From: a virus | Lineage: Duplodnaviria; Caudoviricetes | Strand: one strand, 5' to 3' | IMG/VR virus record: IMGVR_UViG_3300011989_000257 | Location: 320,001 to 384,000 of that record | DNA length: 64,000 bases | In this document: piece after piece, positions 1-8,187 of the stretch | Numbering within the stretch: position 1 is the first letter of the stretch | Layout of the letters: each line of letters starts with the position of its first letter | Translations under genes and position numbers: made by a program | Notes under the pieces: generated by a model | Seen by the model: the letters and a program-made list of their open reading frames with translations, nothing else | The model's database searches: none | Told to the model about the DNA's origin: nothing

Positions 1-1187
1 TCAATACCTAGGTTAAGTGGAGTTACATCAAGAAGCACAATGTCTCCTACACCTTTCTCGCCTCCAAGTACTGCACCTTGAATACATGCACCAAGTGATA
101 CTGCTTCATCTGGATTAACGGCCTTTGATGGGTCTTTCTGGAACACGCTTTTTGCAGCCTCAACGACCTTTGGTATACGTGTAGAACCACCAACAAGTAT
201 AACCTCGTCAATATCTTTAACCTCAAGTTTAGAAAGTTTTAATGCTTCATTACAAAGGTCAACTAGTTTCTTGTATAAAGGCTCAATTAGTTGCTCAAAT
301 TTAGCACGTGTCAATGTGGCAACAAAATGTTTTGGAGTACCATTCACTGGAGCCAAATAAGGCAAGTTAATCTCAGTTGACATTGTTGTAGAAAGTTCAA
401 TTTTTGCCTTCTCAGCAGCTTCCTTAATACGCTGCATTGCCATAGAATCAGTACTTACATCAGCACCCTCTTGTTTTTTGAACTCATCAACAACCCAACC
501 AACGATTGCTTGGTCAAAGTCCTCACCACCAAGGTGTGAATCGCCATTGGTAGAAATGACCTCGAATACGCCACCACCGAAATTAAGAATAGAAACGTCC
601 GATGTGCCACCACCGATGTCGTACACAACAATATTCATATCCTTGTCTGACTTGTCGATACCATAAGCTAATGCTGCTGCTGTAGGCTCATTAATAATAC
701 GTTTCACATCAAGTCCAGCAATCGTACCAGCCTCCATAGTAGCTTTACGTTGGTCATCATTAAAATATGCAGGGACTGTAATTACAGCCTCCTTAACCTC
801 AGTTCCTAGATAATCTTCGGCAGTTTTCTTCATCTTCTGAAGAATTGTAGCCGAAATCTCTTGTGGAGTGTATTTCTTGTTGTCAATATTCACACGTGGG
901 AAACCACCCTCATTAATCACATCATAAGTAACACGTTTTACTTCATCTGCAACGTTAGCATATGGCATACCCATGAAACGCTTAATGGCATATACAGTAT
1001 TCTTAGGGTTTGTAATAGCTTGTCTACGAGCAGCGTCACCAACCTTACGTTCACCATCCTTAATTCCTACAACTGATGGAGTTGTACGATTACCTTCACT
1101 ATTCACAATAACAGTAGGCTGACCTCCTTCAAAAACTGATACGCAAGATGTTGACGTACCAAGGTCAATTCCAATAATTTTACTCAT
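1..1187 (-). CDS. dnaK: Chaperone DnaK/Hsp70 (partial, runs off the left edge; missing from the ORF track)
   Basis: Manual translation from ATG 1187: [22 protein letters not shown]...[12 protein letters not shown]...[17 protein letters not shown]...[13 protein letters not shown]...[10 protein letters not shown]...LVGGSTRIP...NPDEAV, all Hsp70 signatures. Confidence 0.97.
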   Translation of the reverse strand, partial: MSKIIGIDLGTSTSCVSVFEGGQPTVIVNSEGNRTTPSVVGIKDGERKVGDAARRQAITNPKNTVYAIKRFMGMPYANVADEVKRVTYDVINEGGFPRVNIDNKKYTPQEISATILQKMKKTAEDYLGTEVKEAVITVPAYFNDDQRKATMEAGTIAGLDVKRIINEPTAAALAYGIDKSDKDMNIVVYDIGGGTSDVSILNFGGGVFEVISTNGDSHLGGEDFDQAIVGWVVDEFKKQEGADVSTDSMAMQRIKEAAEKAKIELSTTMSTEINLPYLAPVNGTPKHFVATLTRAKFEQLIEPLYKKLVDLCNEALKLSKLEVKDIDEVILVGGSTRIPKVVEAAKSVFQKDPSKAVNPDEAVSLGACIQGAVLGGEKGVGDIVLLDVTPLNLGI

Positions 1188-1209
1188 TGTCTTTTAATAT
1201 TTTTTTAAT

Positions 1210-1470
1210 TTACATTATTTTTTCCCAATCTTTAAATAGTATTCCTTTTGAATCCCTAAATGGTATTGAAGAGCGTGGTCCTGAATTATTAGCTTTTCCG
1301 TAATAAAGTCTAGTACCATACCCACAATCTTCAATTTGTGGATTTAGTTCATCAATAGTATGGTTTTCATAGCACCATTTTAATTCTAAAGTTCCATCTT
1401 CCATTATATACAGAAGATATTTCGAACCTTTGGTTATACCATCGCAAGAATATATCTCCTTTGCATCCAT
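1210..1470 (-). CDS. Hypothetical protein, paralog of the adjacent upstream gene
   Basis: Shares EIY..KGSK, LELKWC.EN, L.YG, PF and the WEKIM ending with 1472..1750. Confidence 0.8.
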   Translation of the reverse strand: MDAKEIYSCDGITKGSKYLLYIMEDGTLELKWCYENHTIDELNPQIEDCGYGTRLYYGKANNSGPRSSIPFRDSKGILFKDWEKIM

Positions 1471-1471
1471 A

Positions 1472-1750
1472 CTACATTATCTTCTCCCAACAAGGTTCAA
1501 GTTGTCCTTGTTCATTTTGGAATGGTAATGTTTGCCTTATTTGGAAAAGGTTAGGTTCTCCATACTCAAGTTTCATAGCCCTACCAACTTTAACAAATTG
1601 AGGACATATCTGTTTTTCTACAACATTCTCGCAACACCATTTAAGTTCCAAATCGCCTTTATCATATATGATTAATACGTTTTTAGAACCTTTGATGCTA
1701 CTATCACTAACATATATTTCCCTTACATCACCTTGCAAATTCTGTGCCAT
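1472..1750 (-). CDS. Hypothetical protein, paralog of 1210..1470
   Basis: Start reassigned to ATG 1750 (MAQNLQ) because the track's TTG start at 1780 lies inside the promoter -7 element. Confidence 0.75.
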   Translation of the reverse strand: MAQNLQGDVREIYVSDSSIKGSKNVLIIYDKGDLELKWCCENVVEKQICPQFVKVGRAMKLEYGEPNLFQIRQTLPFQNEQGQLEPCWEKIM

Positions 1751-1777
1751 ATTTCGCAATATATTTTTAATCTTGTG

Positions 1778-1809
1778 CAAAGATACAAAAAAAAATTGAG
1801 ATAGCCAAA
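1778..1809 (-). promoter_or_regulatory. Bacteroidota sigma-A type promoter (TTTG-N20-TATCTTTG)
   Basis: Minus strand reads TTTG GCTATCTCAATTTTTTTTTG TATCTTTG. Confidence 0.85.
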
Positions 1810-1826
1810 TAACTATCCCAATTTTT
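1787..1826 (-). terminator. Intrinsic terminator overlapping the promoter
   Basis: Stem AATTGGGATAG/CTATCTCAATT followed by a T run. Confidence 0.75.
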
Positions 1827-1853
1827 AATTTTTTTTAAGATAAAATTGTATTT

Positions 1854-2258
1854 TTATGGCAGATAATCCTCTATATTAGCCATTATCCAATTCAACTTTG
1901 TCATCAATTCAGCGAATATCGCATCTTCTGTAAGCATTGTAACATCGTTTGTCTCAACAGAACCCAATACTAGTCCATTCTTAATTCTAGATTTGGCAAT
2001 TTCTACGCCAACTTCCTCATCGAATGTGTCAAGAGGGTGACAAATTGACATACTAAGTGTCAGTTTTCTATGAAGTTTCTTAACCTTATACTTAAGTTCG
2101 CCCTTAACAGTACCCCCATTTGGAGTATCAACGTCCATCTCTTCAGTGATTTCAGTAGGCTTCCTACTCTGCTCTAGTTTTCCGACAACTGTCACAACAT
2201 GCTCTTCTCCGTCATCTGTCTTTACTTTTCCATAAACATGATAAAATTTAGTATTCAT
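1854..2258 (-). CDS. Hypothetical phage protein with a C.P.D.FD...G..IA..R motif (Gp49/66-like)
   Basis: SICHPLDTFDEEVGVEIAKSR. Confidence 0.55.
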   Translation of the reverse strand: MNTKFYHVYGKVKTDDGEEHVVTVVGKLEQSRKPTEITEEMDVDTPNGGTVKGELKYKVKKLHRKLTLSMSICHPLDTFDEEVGVEIAKSRIKNGLVLGSVETNDVTMLTEDAIFAELMTKLNWIMANIEDYLP

Positions 2259-2281
2259 AACTATATAGTTTTTTTAATTAC

Positions 2282-2629
2282 TTATTTTTCGCTGAACTCG
2301 TCTTCAAGAGAAGCAAGCTCTTTCATCCTTCTCTCATAAGCCTTGTCCCTCTTCTCTATCTCGTCGAATGGGGAGACTCCTGGAGGTAGTGTGGTAATCT
2401 TCTCAAACCCATTTTCCTCTGTAATAAGAGATTCCTTCTCTGAAGCACACCCTTCATATCTATCGCCATAACTACCAGTCATTTTCTTTGTTGCAGGGTC
2501 TAGGTCTCCCCAATCAGCAGAGTGGGCGCTCCCAATAACCTCTACAAAGTATTTCTTTCCTGTTACCTTTGATTTCACTATGAATCTTCCAGTGTTATCG
2601 CTGTCTTTCAAAAATCTATTCGTGTCCAT
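2282..2629 (-). CDS. Hypothetical phage protein
   Basis: Clean ORF coupled to its neighbour (GRFIV.S..TGKKYFVE, DWG..DPAT, ENGF). Confidence 0.75.
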   Translation of the reverse strand: MDTNRFLKDSDNTGRFIVKSKVTGKKYFVEVIGSAHSADWGDLDPATKKMTGSYGDRYEGCASEKESLITEENGFEKITTLPPGVSPFDEIEKRDKAYERRMKELASLEDEFSEK

Positions 2630-2829
2630 TAAAATTGATTTTTCGAAATCTTTACTTTCCTTACATATTCTGGGTTCTTAATCACTTTTCCAAGCATACC
2701 ATTATATGATGGTGGAACTGGACCTCCATTAACCCAAAATTGTCCTCTAAAATAGATTATTTCGCTTCCCTCTGGAAGTGTGCCTTCTCCAGCTTGATAA
2801 GGCTTAATCAATACATACTTTTCATTCAT
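2629..2829 (-). CDS. Hypothetical protein
   Basis: Start/stop overlaps with both neighbours. Confidence 0.7.
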   Translation of the reverse strand: MNEKYVLIKPYQAGEGTLPEGSEIIYFRGQFWVNGGPVPPSYNGMLGKVIKNPEYVRKVKISKNQF

Positions 2830-3314
2830 AATCTCACTTTTTTTAAGGTGGCACTTATATACTCCAATATAGGTGTCATTATTTTATCAACAGCCTCCCA
2901 ATCAACATATGGACGATTACAGCCATCAAACCATTTATGTGGTATACCTACACAACGGTCATCAATTGTGAATACGGCAAATGTCTTACTTACCTCATCA
3001 TCCTTTTGCCTTGGGTGTTTTCTTAAATTATAAAGTTTTACACCTTCTTTTTCAAGAGTTATTAAAGGTTCTTTTAAAATTTCATCATGTCTCATTGAAT
3101 TTAGAATCCAACCAACGTTATAATCCTTAGTCCAACGCTTCATAACGTCAAAAGCCTCATAATTTAACTCCATTGTTCCATCTTCCCAACATGAACATTT
3201 GGTTAATGTATAATCCCAATCCACTTCAATTGGGATTATCCACCTACCATCTTCACTCCTCTCACTATAATATAGAATTTCATCTACAATCCCATTATAC
3301 TTATCCATAATCAA
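2826..3314 (-). CDS. HAD-superfamily hydrolase (capless, BT0820-like)
   Basis: Motif I VDWDYTL (DxDxT), motif II ILNSMR, motif IV FTIDDR. Confidence 0.75.
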   Translation of the reverse strand: MIMDKYNGIVDEILYYSERSEDGRWIIPIEVDWDYTLTKCSCWEDGTMELNYEAFDVMKRWTKDYNVGWILNSMRHDEILKEPLITLEKEGVKLYNLRKHPRQKDDEVSKTFAVFTIDDRCVGIPHKWFDGCNRPYVDWEAVDKIMTPILEYISATLKKVRL

Positions 3315-3441
3315 AATATTTTGTGCAGTCGCTTGCTATTACATACAATATTTGAATTGGTATTTTACCGTCATCATCTTTAAAAATATCAAGTATCGGA
3401 CATTCAGCAAAGCTAGTGCAATTTAAACAACTTTTTTCCAC
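3301..3441 (-). CDS. Small Cys-containing protein (46 aa, below the track cutoff)
   Basis: GTG start, MEKSCLNCTSFAECPILDIF...SDCTKYFDYG; fills the gap in the operon exactly. Confidence 0.5.
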   Translation of the reverse strand: MEKSCLNCTSFAECPILDIFKDDDGKIPIQILYVIASDCTKYFDYG

Positions 3442-4023
3442 TTAATCTGTATTTACTATCCTTATTTTCGGCTCTGCCAAATCATTCGGATATTCAGCAT
3501 TACCGTCTTTATATTCATTCATATTATGCTTTTTCCAATACGCATGATTGAGCCTTCTTAATACACCTTGATTGAGCACCGTAGTATAGTCATTCCTATC
3601 TTCATACTCAACGTCTATGTCATGCTCTTGACAATACCTATATATAAATTCTCCAAATGCTCTTGACCTAGAATAACCAGCTCTACAATGAATTTTTATT
3701 TCATTAACCCCATTATCAACCATTTCCTCAATGAAGTCAACTGATTCCTCAGCTTGTTCCATTGTCATTGTCTTAAACAAATGTCCATTAAACATCACGT
3801 CTGAATCTATGTCATCAAAATCAAGATTCAGTACATTAGGGTGATTGGCAAAGTAGTGCTTGGTATCACCTTCATCAAGGTAATACTTAAGGCACTCTGG
3901 TGTTCCTATAATTGATATAAATGCTTTGTTAGAGTCCTCTACATTTGTATCGTTTAGACCCATTTTTCTCATATCTTCATCAAAAAGATAATGAGATAAT
4001 ACTATTAATTTAATCTTAGCCAT
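3442..4023 (-). CDS. Protein-tyrosine/dual-specificity phosphatase-like protein
   Basis: HCRAGYSRS (CX5R P-loop) and upstream LDFDDI. Confidence 0.88.
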   Translation of the reverse strand: MAKIKLIVLSHYLFDEDMRKMGLNDTNVEDSNKAFISIIGTPECLKYYLDEGDTKHYFANHPNVLNLDFDDIDSDVMFNGHLFKTMTMEQAEESVDFIEEMVDNGVNEIKIHCRAGYSRSRAFGEFIYRYCQEHDIDVEYEDRNDYTTVLNQGVLRRLNHAYWKKHNMNEYKDGNAEYPNDLAEPKIRIVNTD

Positions 4024-4262
4024 TTTTTAATCCTAGTTTTATACGACCACTTAAGGCTTGTTAAAAGATGTTTAACAGCCTTTTTTGCGGCTTCTTCATA
4101 TGTGCAACCATATTCCCAAAAGCCAAAAGAACCATTATGATATCTGTTATAATTTGTAATATATATCTCAAACACCATTTCTCCTTCTGTTCTTTTTACT
4201 TCCTTGGTAGTCATCTTAACATGAGTAAGACTAACCAAAATATCTAAGATTTTTCGAAACAT
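4005..4262 (-). CDS. Hypothetical protein
   Basis: ORF in a tightly packed operon. Confidence 0.6.
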   Translation of the reverse strand: MFRKILDILVSLTHVKMTTKEVKRTEGEMVFEIYITNYNRYHNGSFGFWEYGCTYEEAAKKAVKHLLTSLKWSYKTRIKKWLRLN

Positions 4263-4268
4263 ATTTTT

Positions 4269-4415
4269 TTATTTTAAATCATCAAATTTCTTTAAACCTT
4301 CTCTCAATTTCCTCATCATTCTTCTATAAAAAGTATAGAAATACCCTGATGTTACTAAACTTGACATTAACAAACCTATAATTGCACCAAGTATAAAATT
4401 GTTTTTATTTCTCAT
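4269..4415 (-). CDS. Small single-pass membrane protein (48 aa, below the track cutoff)
   Basis: MRNKNNFILGAIIGLLMSSLVTSGYFYTFYRRMMRK...; ATGA overlap with the upstream stop. Confidence 0.6.
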   Translation of the reverse strand: MRNKNNFILGAIIGLLMSSLVTSGYFYTFYRRMMRKLREGLKKFDDLK

Positions 4416-5263
4416 AATGTTTTCCTTAATCTTTCCGTATAATCATCAATTGGTATTAATTCGTAATTGCCATCATCTTTAAGCCATATAATTCTTCTGC
4501 CAATAACCTTTAAACCAATATCCTCCAATGGTAGTTGGTATGCTGAAAGCTGTAATTTATAACTTGATAATGCCTCATCATATAAATCTCCAAATGGTTC
4601 TGCAAAATATCTATTAACGCCTCTATTGAAATCATTTGTTAATGACCCATTAGTTTTATAATCTAGTATAATTAGACCACTTTTACTATCATCAGTGGGA
4701 TGCTTATAATACCAAAGAAGGTCAAATGTCCCAGCATAATCTTGTTTCAAATTGGTAAGTTTCTTATTCTTTCCTGTATACACCTTTGTTTCAGCCAATA
4801 CAAAGTATGTATTTTCATTGCTGAATGTTTCATCCCAAAACTTTAATACAGCTTCTTCTTTTGGTCTAGTAGGTATAAGCCAATTCTTTTCCTTGATATA
4901 CTTGCATTTGTTTTCCTCGGTTATAAATTCTGGATGTCTCGCTCTTAACCACCCTAATGACTCACCATATGCATGTACCAATGTTCCAGTTGTAGTTGCC
5001 TTTAAATTCTTGAACTTCCATTGGTCTAACCAATACTGTGCTGTCTCACCATGTTTCTCAGCATATGCTGCTGCTCGTTCTTCAGAATCAAAAGGATATT
5101 GACAAAACTTATGAGTTACTTCTGATACCGATGGCAACTGTTGACCATTAAGATAATACTTATGGCCATCTTCTATAAACTGAAGGTCTTTGAATTCCTT
5201 TAATATCTTATTCCTTATGTCTGTTACTTCTTTAGGTTCTCCTTCTACAATTATTTTTTTCAT
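4412..5263 (-). CDS. PD-(D/E)XK exonuclease (RecB/Cas4-like family)
   Basis: LPSVS, GTLVH, AE, AGTFD, IILDYKT, YKLQLSAY motifs. Confidence 0.88.
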   Translation of the reverse strand: MKKIIVEGEPKEVTDIRNKILKEFKDLQFIEDGHKYYLNGQQLPSVSEVTHKFCQYPFDSEERAAAYAEKHGETAQYWLDQWKFKNLKATTTGTLVHAYGESLGWLRARHPEFITEENKCKYIKEKNWLIPTRPKEEAVLKFWDETFSNENTYFVLAETKVYTGKNKKLTNLKQDYAGTFDLLWYYKHPTDDSKSGLIILDYKTNGSLTNDFNRGVNRYFAEPFGDLYDEALSSYKLQLSAYQLPLEDIGLKVIGRRIIWLKDDGNYELIPIDDYTERLRKTL

Positions 5264-5281
5264 TTTATTACTATCTCTTTT

Positions 5282-5824
5282 CTATTTTATGGTAATATCT
5301 ACATCCATTTCCTTGAATTCCACATTATCTGTAACGAATCTTGTCCATCTTTTCTTATAATCCTTTTCATCCTTGAAAAGAGTTGGATAATACCCCTTTC
5401 TCAAAATATCATATAGAAGATTCTTATATTCTTCTTTGTGTGTATCTTTATCAGAATAGTAATCTTCTATGACAAGTTTCTCCAAATTGTACAATTTCAG
5501 AAAAAGGCCATAAACATCCTCTGGCAACTCCTTTATGTATTTTTTAGAATCCATTTTTGTATCTCCATTGGTATATGTTTTGATACCGTACCAATGTCCG
5601 CTTGTATGTGTTCTATACTGTTTTGGATTGATAGATTCGTCCCAAGGATTCTCTAGTTCATACACTTCGTAGTAGTCAAGCCAATAGTCTTTTGGAAGTG
5701 ATTCTATGAAATCTTTAGTGACTTCTTCACTGTTCATACGTTTTCGAGCATTTGCTACCGTAGTATATCCAAGTGGATTGTTTGCTATATTTTTACCTTT
5801 ATAAAATGGAAATATCTTTTTCAT
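5282..5824 (-). CDS. Hypothetical protein
   Basis: 180-aa ORF directly downstream of a promoter. Confidence 0.7.
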   Translation of the reverse strand: MKKIFPFYKGKNIANNPLGYTTVANARKRMNSEEVTKDFIESLPKDYWLDYYEVYELENPWDESINPKQYRTHTSGHWYGIKTYTNGDTKMDSKKYIKELPEDVYGLFLKLYNLEKLVIEDYYSDKDTHKEEYKNLLYDILRKGYYPTLFKDEKDYKKRWTRFVTDNVEFKEMDVDITIK

Positions 5825-5839
5825 CTAATTAATTTTTTG

Positions 5840-5871
5840 CAAAGATATATAAAAAATATTAAAAAAACAAA
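5840..5871 (-). promoter_or_regulatory. Bacteroidota-type promoter (TTTG-N20-TATCTTTG)
   Basis: Consensus -33/-7 match with a 20-nt spacer. Confidence 0.85.
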
Positions 5872-5879
5872 TTTTTCTT

Positions 5880-5922
5880 AAAAAAAAAAAAGAAGCAACC
5901 ATCTCTGATTGCCTCTCTTTTT
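5880..5922 (-). terminator. Intrinsic terminator ending the virion module
   Basis: AGAGGCAATCAGAGATGGTTGCTTCT hairpin followed by a long T run. Confidence 0.7.
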
Positions 5923-5942
5923 ATCCAAGGTTAAACATATTA

Positions 5943-8159
5943 TTAAGGTAACTCTCCTTCATATGTGCCATCTAGTTCACTATCTTGACCTTGCATCTGC
6001 TTTATTAAAGCACCGTTATAATAAACCTTAAACCCATTGACGTGTATCACTGCTCCTCCGCACCATTCCGTACCTTCATCATAACTTTGTACTGAGTTAG
6101 CTGATGTTCCGCCAGTATAGTTTTGGGCAGATGTTGGTGTACAATTTTGGACAGACTTGTCATAGAAAGAACGTCTATAATACACTTCCACTTGCATTGT
6201 GGCTGATTGCCCATCTATTTTGAAATCAGTCACATCATAGCCAGTGTATCTGTTATAATCCCCAGTTACCATTGGACCTTCTTCATAATCATAGTATTTA
6301 AACTTGAAACTATAAGTATGCACCACTGGCGCAGGCTCTTGTGTTACATTTATTGTCTTGCAATGATTGCCATTTGCGTCATCAATATATACATTTGCAC
6401 TTCTAGTCGAAGTTGCTCGGCTTGTTGAATTGAATTCAAGTTTACCATTAGTTGCATTCACATCAAGCCAACCATCTGCTTCATTGTTATTAATATAAAC
6501 AGTGCAATTATGACTATAAGTTGTTTCTGCTGTAGAACCAGCTGCATATCCAAGTGTTATGGATGTAGTTCCAACTTTTACGTTTGCGTCTTCACAACTA
6601 CAGAACCCTTTGCTATTAACAGTAAAGTATGCGCATCTTGAACCATCAATTTCTATTGCATAGCTTCCTGTTCTATCTACAGTAGAAGTGTTTACCTTGC
6701 TTGCAGTAATCATGCCGTTCCTAATAGAAATAGTGCCTTCTAAAATGTTGTCTCCTTCTACTCTAACAACACTAGCTCCATCTATGCAATTAGCTGTATA
6801 CGTCGCTGCTATTACATTAACTCCTGGGTCAACTGTAGCTCCAGTCACACTGAAATTAGCAGACGAGCATGTACAAGCTTGAGGGGTTGCACCATTTTGT
6901 GTTACTGTGAAATCAGCACATTTTATATTATCAAAATACAATGAATAATATCCAGTTCTAGAAGATGTTGAAGTATTTTCATTTACAGTGGCTTTTATAT
7001 TACCATTGCTTATTGAACAAGTAGGAGTTTGTATAATCTGAGCACCATCGACGTATGCAACACTTGCGTTAGATGAACAAGAACTAGTATATGTAGCAAT
7101 CAGCACAGAAGTTGCGCTAGCATTGGCTACATTAGTTTTACCAGTAACTGAGCACGTACAAGAATCTTTTCCGTTTTGATTTATTGTTACTAACGCCCCA
7201 CATTGGCTACTGCCTAAGAATACGGCGATATTCTCACTTCTTTGGCCATATGAGTCAAGATTTGATGAACAATCTCCTGTTATTGTGTAACTAGTTGAAG
7301 AATTCCTAACTATGCCAATATTACTTATAAAATTAGAACCACTAACCCTTTTGACGATAAGAGTACTATTTTCACAATTTGTTGTGTACCTCCCTAATGT
7401 AGCAGTACCCCCAGTATTAGGTACTGTTGTTGTAAGTTGTTGTTGCGATACTCCTATTTTAGCGCAAGTATCACAAGTTGCAGGAGGAGGTGTAACATAG
7501 CCATTAAGCGTTATTGAATTATTGGCTTTAACTACACCAGTGGAAGGGCTAAATGTATATCCAGCTTTTGATATACTGACATTCTTTGAGGTTGGGTCTG
7601 TTGATGTAAGAACAGCCTTTCCTCCAGATATAGTATATGAAGAGCCTCCTATGTTAACTGAAGCGCCTTCAACGTTCGAATAAACAGTAAAGGTATAATT
7701 TGTCACTGGAGTACCCGATGCTTGAACGAATTGAATGGTTTGGCTGCAACAGCCTCCCCAAGAAGCAAATTTAAAATAAACACTCTTTTGACTAGTGGTA
7801 CTGTTTCTTGCCACATCAGCCTTTATTAAACCGTTTTCAAATTTGAAGTTACTTAAGAAATCGTCACCATAATCTTTCATAGGGGTTATTTCTTCTTGTC
7901 CGCTACCACAATTATTATAGTAGCTACCAATAACGATGCTATTTCCCCCTTCGGCTGGTATTAAGCCATTACTAGAAAATCCGCACTTAACTGGCGGGCA
8001 TGCCTTCACAGTAACATTTTTTGTTATTACAGAAGAAGTTGGTGTCTCCAAATAAGAAATTGTATACACCGTATCTTCGCTATGCATTTCAAAAGTGGCT
8101 AATCCGTTCCCATCTATACTTGCTAAACCAGTGTCTGGACTAATTGACCAAGTTCCCAT
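5943..8159 (-). CDS. Putative virion adhesin/decoration protein: N-terminal module, several Cys-rich BACON-like domains and a shared C-terminal domain
   Basis: Repeated CxC...GTYxxxC...NG.I.A.V..NT....R....C....VTQ units; C-terminal ~215 aa closely match 14314..16473. Confidence 0.75.
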   Translation of the reverse strand: MGTWSISPDTGLASIDGNGLATFEMHSEDTVYTISYLETPTSSVITKNVTVKACPPVKCGFSSNGLIPAEGGNSIVIGSYYNNCGSGQEEITPMKDYGDDFLSNFKFENGLIKADVARNSTTSQKSVYFKFASWGGCCSQTIQFVQASGTPVTNYTFTVYSNVEGASVNIGGSSYTISGGKAVLTSTDPTSKNVSISKAGYTFSPSTGVVKANNSITLNGYVTPPPATCDTCAKIGVSQQQLTTTVPNTGGTATLGRYTTNCENSTLIVKRVSGSNFISNIGIVRNSSTSYTITGDCSSNLDSYGQRSENIAVFLGSSQCGALVTINQNGKDSCTCSVTGKTNVANASATSVLIATYTSSCSSNASVAYVDGAQIIQTPTCSISNGNIKATVNENTSTSSRTGYYSLYFDNIKCADFTVTQNGATPQACTCSSANFSVTGATVDPGVNVIAATYTANCIDGASVVRVEGDNILEGTISIRNGMITASKVNTSTVDRTGSYAIEIDGSRCAYFTVNSKGFCSCEDANVKVGTTSITLGYAAGSTAETTYSHNCTVYINNNEADGWLDVNATNGKLEFNSTSRATSTRSANVYIDDANGNHCKTINVTQEPAPVVHTYSFKFKYYDYEEGPMVTGDYNRYTGYDVTDFKIDGQSATMQVEVYYRRSFYDKSVQNCTPTSAQNYTGGTSANSVQSYDEGTEWCGGAVIHVNGFKVYYNGALIKQMQGQDSELDGTYEGELP
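5945..6610. repeat. Dispersed direct repeat, copy 1 (3' part of the adhesin gene)
   Basis: Highly similar to 14316..14970, including 65 identical nt (6259-6323 = 14630-14694). Confidence 0.9.
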
Positions 8160-8187
8160 ATATTATTATATTATTTAAGTTATTATT

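Noticed and set aside
478-1076. Plus-strand ORFs 478..666 and 861..1076
   Set aside because: Antisense to the dnaK reading frame, which the track missed because it runs off the window edge
4412-5263. CRISPR-associated Cas4 or CRISPR locus
   Set aside because: No array or other cas genes, and the Cas4 Fe-S cysteine set is not evident; this is a stand-alone phage PD-(D/E)XK exonuclease
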